A DNA stretch of 64,000 nucleotides from Candidatus Moranbacteria bacterium UBA4824. GTDB taxonomy: Bacteria > Patescibacteriota > Minisyncoccia > Moranbacterales > UBA2206. The notes under the pieces were generated by a model, which was given only the letters and a program-made list of their open reading frames with translations, was not told the DNA's origin and did not search any database. The stretch lies in NCBI GenBank assembly GCA_002400405.1, contig DHFM01000046.1:11722-75721 (forward strand). The letters run 5' to 3'. Of the stretch, positions 48,880 to 57,915 are shown piece by piece. The stretch's first letter is position 1. Each line of letters starts with the position of its first letter. The position numbers and the translations under genes are program-made.

Positions 48880-49131
48880 ATGAAAATTTCTAAAATAGTA
48901 CTTCGTTTTTTTGGTTATTTTTCAATTGAAGAGATTGAGGCAAAAATTAAATTTGCCGAATTTCAAATCAAAACAATAAAAGACGAAAGCAATTATTACA
49001 TAAATCTTATCAGAAAGGGGGAAGCAGGCACTGCAATATCTGATGATTTGCGTCATAATCGTGGGTTACTTCCTTATTATCAAAATGAGTTGAAATTGTG
49101 GACTAAAAAACTAAAGAAAATAAAAAAATAA
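48880..49131 (+). CDS. Small helical hypothetical protein
   Basis: GGAGG before ATG; terminator-like hairpin at 49163-49201. Confidence 0.55.
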   Translation: MKISKIVLRFFGYFSIEEIEAKIKFAEFQIKTIKDESNYYINLIRKGEAGTAISDDLRHNRGLLPYYQNELKLWTKKLKKIKK

Positions 49132-49220
49132 AACCAGGCGTGGAGGAGTATGGTGGGAAAAAGAAAAAGGGTTAGCTTGTCGATATAAGCGCCCTTTTTT
49201 TGTTGTCTGAACCACAAAAC

Positions 49221-49331
49221 AATTTTTAATTTTTGAATTTTTAATTTTATAAATAAATCTTAAATCTAAATTTTTAAAAATTAAAAATTGAAATTTATTT
49301 AAAAATTACAAAAATTATAAAATTAAAAATT
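49221..49331. repeat. AT-rich heptamer hairpin, direct-repeat copy 2
   Basis: See copy 1; ends 2 nt from the PilB stop. Confidence 0.8.
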
Positions 49332-49333
49332 TT

Positions 49334-52300
49334 CTAAAGATCAGTGACTCGTTCCACTTCTTCAAGTGATGTCCCACCTTCCAAAACTTTCAAAATTCCA
49401 TCTTGTGTCATTGTGAGCATGCCGAGTTCGACGGCTTTTTCTTCTAGTTCGGCGGTGATGGCGCCACGGGTGACGAGGTCTTGAATTTCACGGGTTAGTT
49501 GGAAAACTTCACTAACAGTCATGCGACCTTTGTAACCTAGACCGTTGCATTTTTCGCAACCTTTTGGATGATAAATCTCTAAAACTTTGGGAATGTCCAC
49601 TCCCGCCTTTGGACTAATAGTGGCTAAAACTTTTTCAATCATTTCTTTTTCTTTTTCATTTGGCTGGACTTTTTCTTTGCAATCACAAAGGCGACGCACG
49701 AGGCGTTGCGCCATAAAGGCATTGACGGCGGTGGCGATGTCGGACGGGGAAACGCCCATATTGATCATTCGCGCCACTGCTCCGGCGGCGTTGTTGGTGT
49801 GAATTGTAGAAAGCACCAGATGTCCTGTGAGTGAAGCTTGCACGGCTACTTGGGCAGTTTCATCGTCACGAATTTCACCAATCATCATGATATCCGGATT
49901 TTGACGAAGCAGAGCGCGCAGAGCGGTGGCGAAAGTATAGCCTTCTTTGTCGTTGACTGGAGTTTGCAAAATTCCTGGGAGTTGATATTCGATTGGATCT
50001 TCTACGGTGATTATTTTTACTTCCGGTTTATTAAGCATACTGAGAACACTATAGAGTGTGGTAGTTTTTCCACTGCCTGTTGGGCCGGTGTTTAAAATTA
50101 CACCATTAGGTTTTTTTATTTCTGAAATTATTTTGTCTAAGTTTTGTTGTCTAATACCAAGCTTAGTAAGATCCAATTCCATCGATGAACCGCGGAGGAG
50201 TCGCATCACAATTGTTTCACCATAACCACCCAGGATGATCGAAACACGCACATCAATATTTTTTTCGGAGATTGTGATGTCGTCATCAAATTTTATACTA
50301 AAGCGACTGTCAATCACTCCTTGGCGCACTTCAGTTTTCACACCGGAAAGAATTTTAATTTCGCCAAGTAAGGCCGGATATTCATTGAGTGGAAGAGTGG
50401 CAACATTTTGCAAAATTCCATCAATGCGAAAACGAATTTTGACATCATCTTTTTCTGGTTCGATATGAATGTCGCCAACATTGAGAATGGTAGCGGCTGA
50501 AAAAACAATTTTGTTAATATCAGTAGTTTTGGCTGAGCGTAAAATTTCTTCCAGTTTTTTGAAATCCGCTATATTTTCTTGAGCCGAGGTATATTGACTA
50601 TTTTCAATAAGAATTTTTTTGCCCAAAGTTTGGGACATTAATTTCTCATAAATACTTTCCAAAAATTCTCCTTGTCCTGTCGCACTTTCCACTTCATCAA
50701 TGGAAGTGACTCCGGCAATAGCTTTCAAAATTCCATCTTGAAGCATAGTGATCATTCCGGATTCCAAAGCGGCCATAGCTAATTCTGTTTCGCCGGCCAT
50801 TTCTAAAATTAATTTTTCGATATCTTCATTAATCGTGAGTACTTCAAAAATTCCTACGCGACCCTTATACCCCAAACCATTGCATTTCGGACAACCTTTT
50901 GGGCGATAGAGTTTTTCAATGTCTTTGGGAATTTCTACTTTAGCTTTAGGCGAAATAATGGAGAGAATTTTTTTGATAGATTCTATTGATTCTTTTGCTG
51001 GAACATAGGCTTCCTTGCAATCACAAAGTTTTCGCACCAGCCTTTGACCGATAACAGCATTCATAGCGGGGGACATCAAAGTTGGTTTTACTCCAAGCTC
51101 AATAAATCTTGGAATAGCCCCGACAGCATTATTAGTGTGGAGTGAAGACAAAACTAAATGCCCCGTAAGTGCAGAATTAACCGCGATATCAGCCGTTTCA
51201 TCATCGCGAATTTCACCCACTAAAATAACATCTGGATCCTGACGGACAATAGCGCGCAGGCCTTGAGCGAAAGTATAACCTCGTCCTTTTTCTATTTGAG
51301 TTTGAGAAATGCCGGATAATTCATATTCAATCGGATCTTCAATAGTAATGATTTTTTTGTCCGGAGTGTTGAGTTTGTTGATGATTGAATATAGGGTAGT
51401 AGTTTTTCCCGAACCGGTTGGTCCGGTGTTTAGAATCATTCCATTAGGTGAGAGCATTTGTTTTTGCACAGTTTCATAGGCTAAACCTTGGAGACCTAAA
51501 TTTTCCACGCTTACTTTGATTGAATCAGGATCTAGAAGGCGCATTACAACTGACTCACCAAAATTACCAGGGATAATACTCACACGCAAAGCAATTTTTT
51601 TCTCTGCTAGATTTATCTCAAAAGTTCCGTCTTGGGCGATATCGCGAAGATTGAGTTTCATCTTGGACATCAATTTTATGCGCGAGATGATTGTGTTGAA
51701 AACATTGAGAGGTAAAAAGGCGACATCTTGCAAATTGCCATCAATTCGATAACGCAGACGAATTTCTTTTTCTTGCGGTTCAATGTGGACATCGCTGGCA
51801 CCAAGCTTGTAGGCTCCGGCTAGCATAATATTTAGAACTTGAGTAGTGGGAAGTTCTTTAATACGTTGTTTTAGGGTGATCAAATCTTTCATTTCTTCCT
51901 CAAACTTATTCAAATCATCTCCACTAAGACTCAAACTCATTTGATCAAGGATATCTACAAAAACAATCTGTTTATATTTTTCCCAAACGCGATTGATATT
52001 TGAGGTGGAAACGACAAAAAGTTTTATCTGCCAACCTTTTTCAGTTTTTAGATTTTCTATAAAATCATGAGTTTCTTGATTTCTTGGATCGCGAGATATG
52101 ATAGTGACGACTTTGCCACTTCTGTGAATTAGGGCAATGCCGAATTTTCGCGCTTCCTCCTCGGTTAGGAGACGAATATCATCTTTGGAAATTGGGATTA
52201 GATTAGTGTCGACATAGGGAAGATTAAGTTCGGCTGCTAAGGCGCTAGCCATTTCCTCCTCCTCTTTTTTTCTAAATGTAGAAAGAATTTTGGCGGTTTT

Positions 52301-52363
52301 ATTTTCCTGTTGAATTTCATCAGGTTTTACATTTTGAACTTTTGGTTTGAGAATTTTGATCAT
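49334..52363 (-). CDS. PilB/GspE-family ATPase with two tandem complete ATPase domains
   Basis: GPTGSGKTT, EDPIE, RQ.PD, GEIRD, TGHLV and Cys motifs each occur twice. Confidence 0.92.
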   Translation of the reverse strand: MIKILKPKVQNVKPDEIQQENKTAKILSTFRKKEEEEMASALAAELNLPYVDTNLIPISKDDIRLLTEEEARKFGIALIHRSGKVVTIISRDPRNQETHDFIENLKTEKGWQIKLFVVSTSNINRVWEKYKQIVFVDILDQMSLSLSGDDLNKFEEEMKDLITLKQRIKELPTTQVLNIMLAGAYKLGASDVHIEPQEKEIRLRYRIDGNLQDVAFLPLNVFNTIISRIKLMSKMKLNLRDIAQDGTFEINLAEKKIALRVSIIPGNFGESVVMRLLDPDSIKVSVENLGLQGLAYETVQKQMLSPNGMILNTGPTGSGKTTTLYSIINKLNTPDKKIITIEDPIEYELSGISQTQIEKGRGYTFAQGLRAIVRQDPDVILVGEIRDDETADIAVNSALTGHLVLSSLHTNNAVGAIPRFIELGVKPTLMSPAMNAVIGQRLVRKLCDCKEAYVPAKESIESIKKILSIISPKAKVEIPKDIEKLYRPKGCPKCNGLGYKGRVGIFEVLTINEDIEKLILEMAGETELAMAALESGMITMLQDGILKAIAGVTSIDEVESATGQGEFLESIYEKLMSQTLGKKILIENSQYTSAQENIADFKKLEEILRSAKTTDINKIVFSAATILNVGDIHIEPEKDDVKIRFRIDGILQNVATLPLNEYPALLGEIKILSGVKTEVRQGVIDSRFSIKFDDDITISEKNIDVRVSIILGGYGETIVMRLLRGSSMELDLTKLGIRQQNLDKIISEIKKPNGVILNTGPTGSGKTTTLYSVLSMLNKPEVKIITVEDPIEYQLPGILQTPVNDKEGYTFATALRALLRQNPDIMMIGEIRDDETAQVAVQASLTGHLVLSTIHTNNAAGAVARMINMGVSPSDIATAVNAFMAQRLVRRLCDCKEKVQPNEKEKEMIEKVLATISPKAGVDIPKVLEIYHPKGCEKCNGLGYKGRMTVSEVFQLTREIQDLVTRGAITAELEEKAVELGMLTMTQDGILKVLEGGTSLEEVERVTDL

Positions 52364-52366
52364 TTC

Positions 52367-52400
52367 CTTACGAATTACGAATTAGTACGAATGTACGAAT
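52367..52400. repeat. TACGAAT-family half element
   Basis: Identical to 21938-21971. Confidence 0.9.
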
Positions 52401-52494
52401 AAGAATTATTTTAAAAATCACATCATTATATTACCATAAAAATGACAAATAAAAAAATCCGCTTTGAAGCGGATTCAAATAGGAGAAAATTAAA

Positions 52495-53628
52495 TTATTT
52501 TGTCAGCAGATTTTTTATTTTTTCAGCGATAATTTGGCCAACCTCAATAATATTTGGGTTTTCAATCTTAATCTCTAAAAATCCATAGTTAGATTTTCCG
52601 GGAATTTCTGAAAGTATTTTGGTGGTTGTTTCTGGCGTGGAAACTTTTATAATAGCAACAGAACTTTGGGGAGTATCATTATAGACAGCCATAAAAATTT
52701 TTCCTTCGCTATAATTTTCTTCAAGCTTTGAAATGATAATTGGCAAATCATCACTAGTAGAACGACTTTGGACAAAATCTTCCACACTTAAAGTTGACCA
52801 AACTAATTTACTAGTTTCATCCCAATTTATTTTTGCCATCGCCCTTCCCCAAAGCTTCAAAATATGCAGGGGTTGAGTTTTATACATCCAGCGGATAATT
52901 TCTTGTTGATCAGCTCCCTTATCCATAAGAGAAGCGCTAGCCAGGAGAGCTTTGGGCGTGGTATTTTTTTTCTGAAAACTATCCGTGGCGCCAATAAGAC
53001 CCGCTAGAAGACAAGTGGCAATTTTTTTGTCAATTAATTCTGGGTATATTTCTTTAAACGTTTGAGCTAGGATTTCGCAGGAAGAGGAGGCGGTGATATC
53101 AGTGAGATTAATTTGCCCGAAATTATCATTGTCGCTTTTGTGATCAATGTTTATTACAGGCACTTCAAAAAATAGATCTGTGTTTTCTAGGTAAAGCTGG
53201 CCAAGTTTTTCCAAATCAGAGCAATCAATCACAATCACTAAATCATACTTGAATTTAGCTAGGATAAAAGAAAAATCTCGTGGATCAACCGAGCCTTTTT
53301 CCGGTGTAACTAAGATATTGAAAGTGTCACCTTTTTCTTCGTGGCGAACCTGCATTATTTTGTTTTGGGCGGTATTAAAAGAAAGAACAAAATCACGTGC
53401 GCCGGAAATTTCTGAGAGAATATTCTCGGGTCTCGGCAAAAAATTGAATTTTTCTGATAGATGATTAGAGAAAGCAATAGTTGGCAAAATGTTTAATTTT
53501 TCTAAAAAATAATAAAGACCCCAAGCTGAGCCTACCGCGTCAGCCGAAGGATTTTCCGGAATAAGAATCAAAACTTCTTTGGAATTTTCCAGAATTTTTT
53601 TGAATTGTTCTTGAGGATTTAGGGACAT
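52495..53628 (-). CDS. DHH-family phosphoesterase-like protein with degenerate motifs
   Basis: ENPSADAVGS, VIDC, NIDHK..N..FG..N. Confidence 0.75.
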   Translation of the reverse strand: MSLNPQEQFKKILENSKEVLILIPENPSADAVGSAWGLYYFLEKLNILPTIAFSNHLSEKFNFLPRPENILSEISGARDFVLSFNTAQNKIMQVRHEEKGDTFNILVTPEKGSVDPRDFSFILAKFKYDLVIVIDCSDLEKLGQLYLENTDLFFEVPVINIDHKSDNDNFGQINLTDITASSSCEILAQTFKEIYPELIDKKIATCLLAGLIGATDSFQKKNTTPKALLASASLMDKGADQQEIIRWMYKTQPLHILKLWGRAMAKINWDETSKLVWSTLSVEDFVQSRSTSDDLPIIISKLEENYSEGKIFMAVYNDTPQSSVAIIKVSTPETTTKILSEIPGKSNYGFLEIKIENPNIIEVGQIIAEKIKNLLTK

Positions 53629-53779
53629 AGAAAATATATTTTAAGTTAGTTAAATAAGGTAGCACTTAGAAATTATATTGTCAACATTTGACAAAAAAGG
53701 AGTTTTTGGAGTATTTTCTTGATATGTATAGTTCTTTGTTTTCACGTTTTATAACCCTTATTAGAAAAAGGAGAAAAGA

Positions 53780-54136
53780 ATGAAAAAGAACGAAGAAGCA
53801 AAAAAGATAAGAAAATTGATTTATATTCTTGAATGCTTAAGAAAAAATCAATTTTGTTGTCTTGAAGATGGGAAAGACTGTTCCGATGAGGAAATTCACA
53901 AGGAGATTTTTAGGATTGGGATAAAAAATTTCCTCATTTCAAAATCCGGACGCAAAGTTAAGAAAGTCGTTAAGGCATTTAAAACGTTGAATAACGGATT
54001 TGAAAAATTCAAAGGAGATATGATAACCCCGCAAATTTTTAATAAAGTCAATGAATTTATGCAGGGATATTTTCCTCAAGATGAATTTTTCAATATGAAG
54101 TTCACAGAACTTCGTGGACCAGAATCACAAAACTAG
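53780..54136 (+). CDS. Hypothetical protein
   Basis: AAGGAG RBS, TTGACA at 53688, downstream hairpins at 54132-54190. Confidence 0.55.
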   Translation: MKKNEEAKKIRKLIYILECLRKNQFCCLEDGKDCSDEEIHKEIFRIGIKNFLISKSGRKVKKVVKAFKTLNNGFEKFKGDMITPQIFNKVNEFMQGYFPQDEFFNMKFTELRGPESQN

Positions 54137-54224
54137 CCGATAAATTTTCTGGCTAGTCGCGGTCGATGTGTTTTTTTAACATTGACCGCTTTTAATTTTC
54201 CCAAAATCCAGTTAGAATAAAATT

Positions 54225-54749
54225 ATGCAAAAAGAATTTATTACAATTAACTCTAAACAAACCCAAAAATTAGGCGAGCTTTTGGCGCGGGAATTACGAG
54301 GAGGAGAAATTATATGCTTGGATGGTGAATTGGGTGCTGGAAAAACAACTTTCACCCAAGGACTTTTGAAAGGTTTGAAAATTAAGGGGCCGTATACTAG
54401 TCCGACGTTTCTCATTATGAAGCAATATCATATAGCATGTAACATGAAACATGAAACAAAAGAAAAAAAAATGCTTCATGCTTCATGCTGCATGTTTCAT
54501 GACGTTTATCACTTTGATGCGTATCGTGTGGAGGCGCAGGATATTTTGAATTTAGGTTTCGAAGAAATATTGTCGAATAAGAAAAATATTATTATAATAG
54601 AATGGGCGAGTAGAATAGAAAAAATTATTCCAAAAGATAGTTTACGAATAAATTTTGAGTGGTTAGACCCGCCTTGCGTCGATGAGCGAACATCTTCGCA
54701 AGTCGAGGCAGGTGAAAATAAAAGAAAAATAATTTTTAATTCAAAATAA
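54225..54749 (+). CDS. tsaE: tRNA threonylcarbamoyladenosine biosynthesis ATPase TsaE, with two in-frame insertions
   Basis: GELGAGKTTF, SPTF, HFDAYR, IEW. Confidence 0.95.
   Translation: MQKEFITINSKQTQKLGELLARELRGGEIICLDGELGAGKTTFTQGLLKGLKIKGPYTSPTFLIMKQYHIACNMKHETKEKKMLHASCCMFHDVYHFDAYRVEAQDILNLGFEEILSNKKNIIIIEWASRIEKIIPKDSLRINFEWLDPPCVDERTSSQVEAGENKRKIIFNSK
54427..54502. repeat. CATGAAA heptamer hairpin in frame in tsaE
   Basis: catatag catgtaa catgaaa catgaaa ... cttcatg cttcatg ctgcatg tttcatg. Confidence 0.88.
54667..54713. repeat. CCCGCC palindromic element in frame in tsaE (PPCVDERTSSQVEAG)
   Basis: Aligns with 37127-37170. Confidence 0.85.
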
Positions 54750-54753
54750 AATT

Positions 54754-54832
54754 TTTGTCATCCTGAACAAGTTTTCAGGATCTCTAGTGCTGATAATTAA
54801 TTAAGATGCTGAAACAAGTTCAGCATGACAAA
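54754..54832. repeat. GTCATCCTGAAC-family palindromic element
   Basis: tttgtcatcctgaac / gttcagcatgacaaa. Confidence 0.8.
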
Positions 54833-54844
54833 TTGCATAAGTCT

Positions 54845-55558
54845 ATGAAAAAGACAATGAGTATAATTTTTTTAGTAAGTACGGTATTTATATTCAGTGC
54901 TTGCTCGCAGAAAAAGGACACTATTTCAGATCCTATTAGTGATCCGGGTGGCTATGTTTCTGATATGGTGGACATTAATAAAAAAGCAGCCCAAGATATT
55001 CAAAGCGCAGTAGACAAAGAAAACGAAAAATTAACTAACGCCTTAAACGAAAACAATATGAATGAAGAAAAAACACAACTCGTGCTAATTAAAACAAACT
55101 TAGGCGATATTAAGGTAGAATTATTCGACAGCGCGCCTAAAACTGCCAAGAATTTTTCCGATCTTGCGCAAAAAGGATTCTACGATGGCACGAAATTTCA
55201 TCGAGTGATCAAAGGTTTTATGATTCAAGCCGGCGATCCACTTTCTAAGGATGATTCGCAAAAATCCATGTGGGGAACTGGTGGACCGGGATATAAATTT
55301 AATGATGAACTGACTGGTAAAGAAAAATATCTTCAAGGAACACTAGCGATGGCCAATTCCGGCCCAAACACTAATGGTAGTCAATTTTTCATCGTTACTG
55401 CGAGTCCCGGCGCGCAACTTCCGCCAGCTTATACGGTTTTTGGCAAAGTAGTTTCGGGAATGGACATCGCCCTAAAAATCGAAAATGTCCAAACCGCTCC
55501 CAATGATCAGCCGATTGAGGATGTGGTGATTGAAAATGTAACGGTTTTGGAGAAATAG
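54845..55558 (+). CDS. Lipoprotein cyclophilin-type peptidyl-prolyl isomerase
   Basis: Lipobox FSAC; FHRVI.GFMIQ.GD, GTGGPGY, LAMANSGPNTNGSQFFI; start moved to ATG 54845. Confidence 0.93.
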   Translation: MKKTMSIIFLVSTVFIFSACSQKKDTISDPISDPGGYVSDMVDINKKAAQDIQSAVDKENEKLTNALNENNMNEEKTQLVLIKTNLGDIKVELFDSAPKTAKNFSDLAQKGFYDGTKFHRVIKGFMIQAGDPLSKDDSQKSMWGTGGPGYKFNDELTGKEKYLQGTLAMANSGPNTNGSQFFIVTASPGAQLPPAYTVFGKVVSGMDIALKIENVQTAPNDQPIEDVVIENVTVLEK

Positions 55559-55659
55559 GAAAGCAAGAAAAGTATGATATAATAGAATAAAGATTTGACA
55601 TTTATCATAAAATTTGATATAAATTCAAGTCCTATTGGTATTAATAGTATAAAAAATAT

Positions 55660-55986
55660 ATGTCGATTACAAAAAAAACTAAGGATTATTTGTTGAAAGC
55701 AATTAGTGGAAAAGATTTCGCGCCACAAGGACTTGTTGATATAAACAGGTATTTTAGGCTTTATGGTCCGATTAATTTTGAATTTAAAAAAGAAGGCGAT
55801 GCTATTGTTGGCATAAGTACAAATTTTAGATTTGGTTCTATTGTCACCTCAGGAAAAGATGCCAAAGAATTGGACAAAAATATTAAAGATGCTATTTTGA
55901 CTTCTTTTGAAATTCCTTCTTCGTACGCCAAAGAAGCTAATATAAAAAATATTAACGAACACAACCAAGAATATGCCCTCGCGTAG
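55660..55986 (+). CDS. HicB-like antitoxin
   Basis: T.G....E...N..DA motif; overlaps the HicA-like gene. Confidence 0.6.
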   Translation: MSITKKTKDYLLKAISGKDFAPQGLVDINRYFRLYGPINFEFKKEGDAIVGISTNFRFGSIVTSGKDAKELDKNIKDAILTSFEIPSSYAKEANIKNINEHNQEYALA

Positions 55987-56218
55987 TCAACTTCCGGGAA
56001 ATATAAAAAGAAAGAAGTTTATAAGGGCATTGATGCGTTGTGGATTTAAAATAGACTTAAGCGGTGGAGACGGAAGTCACTACAAAGCAACTTGGCCAGC
56101 GAATCAAAAATCAATCACTATTCAATCGGATATAAGAAAAGATGTTCTATATTATCTGTTGAAAGAGATTGAAAAATATAGTGGCGTCACTTGGGAAGAA
56201 ATTAGAAAAAAAATGTAG
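55973..56218 (+). CDS. HicA-family toxin
   Basis: L...GF.....G.GSH motif, 81 aa. Confidence 0.75.
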   Translation: MPSRSQLPGNIKRKKFIRALMRCGFKIDLSGGDGSHYKATWPANQKSITIQSDIRKDVLYYLLKEIEKYSGVTWEEIRKKM

Positions 56219-56243
56219 AAAAACTATTTTTGAAACAAAAAAA

Positions 56244-56279
56244 ACAGGCAGGGTCGAAATTCTCGACGCCTGCCTTTTT
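56244..56279. terminator. Intrinsic terminator
   Basis: aggcagggtcga-aattc-tcgacgcctgcc-ttttt. Confidence 0.7.
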
Positions 56280-56368
56280 ATATCTCGCTTTTTTTAAGAT
56301 TATAGCGATCATTTGAAATTTATAAAAATTTCAAAGGGTCAAAGAATCAAAGAGTCAGAGTTTCAACT

Positions 56369-56908
56369 CTAAGATTCAGAGAGATTACGGAAGAAGAAAC
56401 GATCGCCAGCCTTCCACGCAAGATAAGGATTAGTCCCGTAAGTTTTCCACCAAAGATTGTCGAGAGAAGCGGCTTCCACGCGCCAACCCTCCCGGTCCCA
56501 CATGCAATACACTGCCCAGAGCACTCTGCTCTTGTCGCGAATATAAAAAATATTATTATGATATTCATCAACAAGGAGAGCGCCTTTCTCGCCATTGGGT
56601 TGTTTCTTTAGAGTTGCCCAAAACTCAGCGAGAGTGGTTTCGGTCTTAACTTCACCATCGAGCTCGGCAATGATTCGCCTGTCAAATGCGTCTTCCTTGA
56701 GGTTCCCATAGTGGAGTGTACTGCCAGTAAACAAGTCTTCTTCTTTGTCAAGAAAATATTTACGAAAGCGATTCATCACATAACTGATTTTTACTTTTGC
56801 GTCATCACTAGTGTTAACAATGAAATTTTCACAAGCAATGAATGGTTTTGTGGTTGCCGGCACAACAAAAGTGCCAATAAAATCAATCCAATCATTTTTC
56901 ATCTTCAT
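56369..56908 (-). CDS. Hypothetical protein with a Trp-rich C-terminus, possibly DGR-target-like
   Basis: AAGGAG RBS; W...GW.V.A.S...W..G.RFF.RN tail. Confidence 0.6.
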   Translation of the reverse strand: MKMKNDWIDFIGTFVVPATTKPFIACENFIVNTSDDAKVKISYVMNRFRKYFLDKEEDLFTGSTLHYGNLKEDAFDRRIIAELDGEVKTETTLAEFWATLKKQPNGEKGALLVDEYHNNIFYIRDKSRVLWAVYCMWDREGWRVEAASLDNLWWKTYGTNPYLAWKAGDRFFFRNLSES

Positions 56909-57128
56909 TCTCCTTATTTTGAGTTTTGTAGCCCGTTAGTGGGCGCTTTGGAATTGTTAATGTGCATTGTTAAGATTTTTATTTTCTGATTTTTATCCTA
57001 ACAAAGCATTATATATTAAATTTCATAAATTGTCATTAATAAAGACTTGCTTATTGTATAAGCATAAACTATTTGCTTTATTTCAAGCAATATGCTACAA
57101 TAATAATGTTGACATAATTGACGACACT

Positions 57129-57872
57129 ATGAAAAATGAACTACAAAAAGAGCTTTTAGCAACAGGACTAAGCGAAAATGAATCGGCTATATATTTATCT
57201 GCTTTGGAGATGGGCGAGACAACCGTGAGTCGACTGGCGAAAAAGGCTGGAGTTAAGCGAACCACGGCCTATTTAGTGCTTGAATCTTTGAAGGAAAAAG
57301 GCTTAATCAGTTCACTCAAAAAAGAATCGGCCTCAGTTTTCTTTGCCGAAGATCCAAAAAAACTTCACGATATCCTAGAAGAACGCCAAGAAAAAATTGA
57401 CAAAATAATGCCACAACTCTTAGCGTTTACAAATATGATTGATAAGAAACCAGAAATCCGCTATTTTGATGGGGATGAAGGAATCAAAGAGGTGTATCGT
57501 GATTCACTAAAATATCCTGATTCAGAGATACTAACTTGGTATGCCCAAAATTTTTTCACTCATTTTGAGGAAAATTTTTTCTTGGAAGAATATATTCCCA
57601 AAAGATTGAAAAAGAAAATTTGGGTGCGCGCGATTTTGCCAGATAGCAAGCTTATTCGCGAATGGATCAAGAATGATCAAGAGCATCTTCGAAAATCAAA
57701 ATTAATATCAGCAGAAAAATATCCAATTTCAATTGAATTAAACGTTTACGGAAAAAATAAGGTAGGAATTGTATCTTATGAAGAAGAATTTGCCATCATA
57801 ATTGAAAGTCAAAAAATTCACAGCAGTCTAAAGAGTATTTTTGAGGCTATGTGGGATTCATGGCCGGAATAA
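57129..57872 (+). CDS. TrmB-family transcriptional regulator
   Basis: GLSENE..IY...L..G, R.T.Y..L..L..KGL, P.IRYF.G.EG; start moved to ATG 57129. Confidence 0.9.
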   Translation: MKNELQKELLATGLSENESAIYLSALEMGETTVSRLAKKAGVKRTTAYLVLESLKEKGLISSLKKESASVFFAEDPKKLHDILEERQEKIDKIMPQLLAFTNMIDKKPEIRYFDGDEGIKEVYRDSLKYPDSEILTWYAQNFFTHFEENFFLEEYIPKRLKKKIWVRAILPDSKLIREWIKNDQEHLRKSKLISAEKYPISIELNVYGKNKVGIVSYEEEFAIIIESQKIHSSLKSIFEAMWDSWPE

Positions 57873-57915
57873 TTCTAATTTTGTAATATTTTATACTTAG
57901 CGATATACTAATACT

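Noticed and set aside
54834-54843. tgcataagtc as a third MITE end
   Set aside because: Only 10 nt and no partner end found; could be chance
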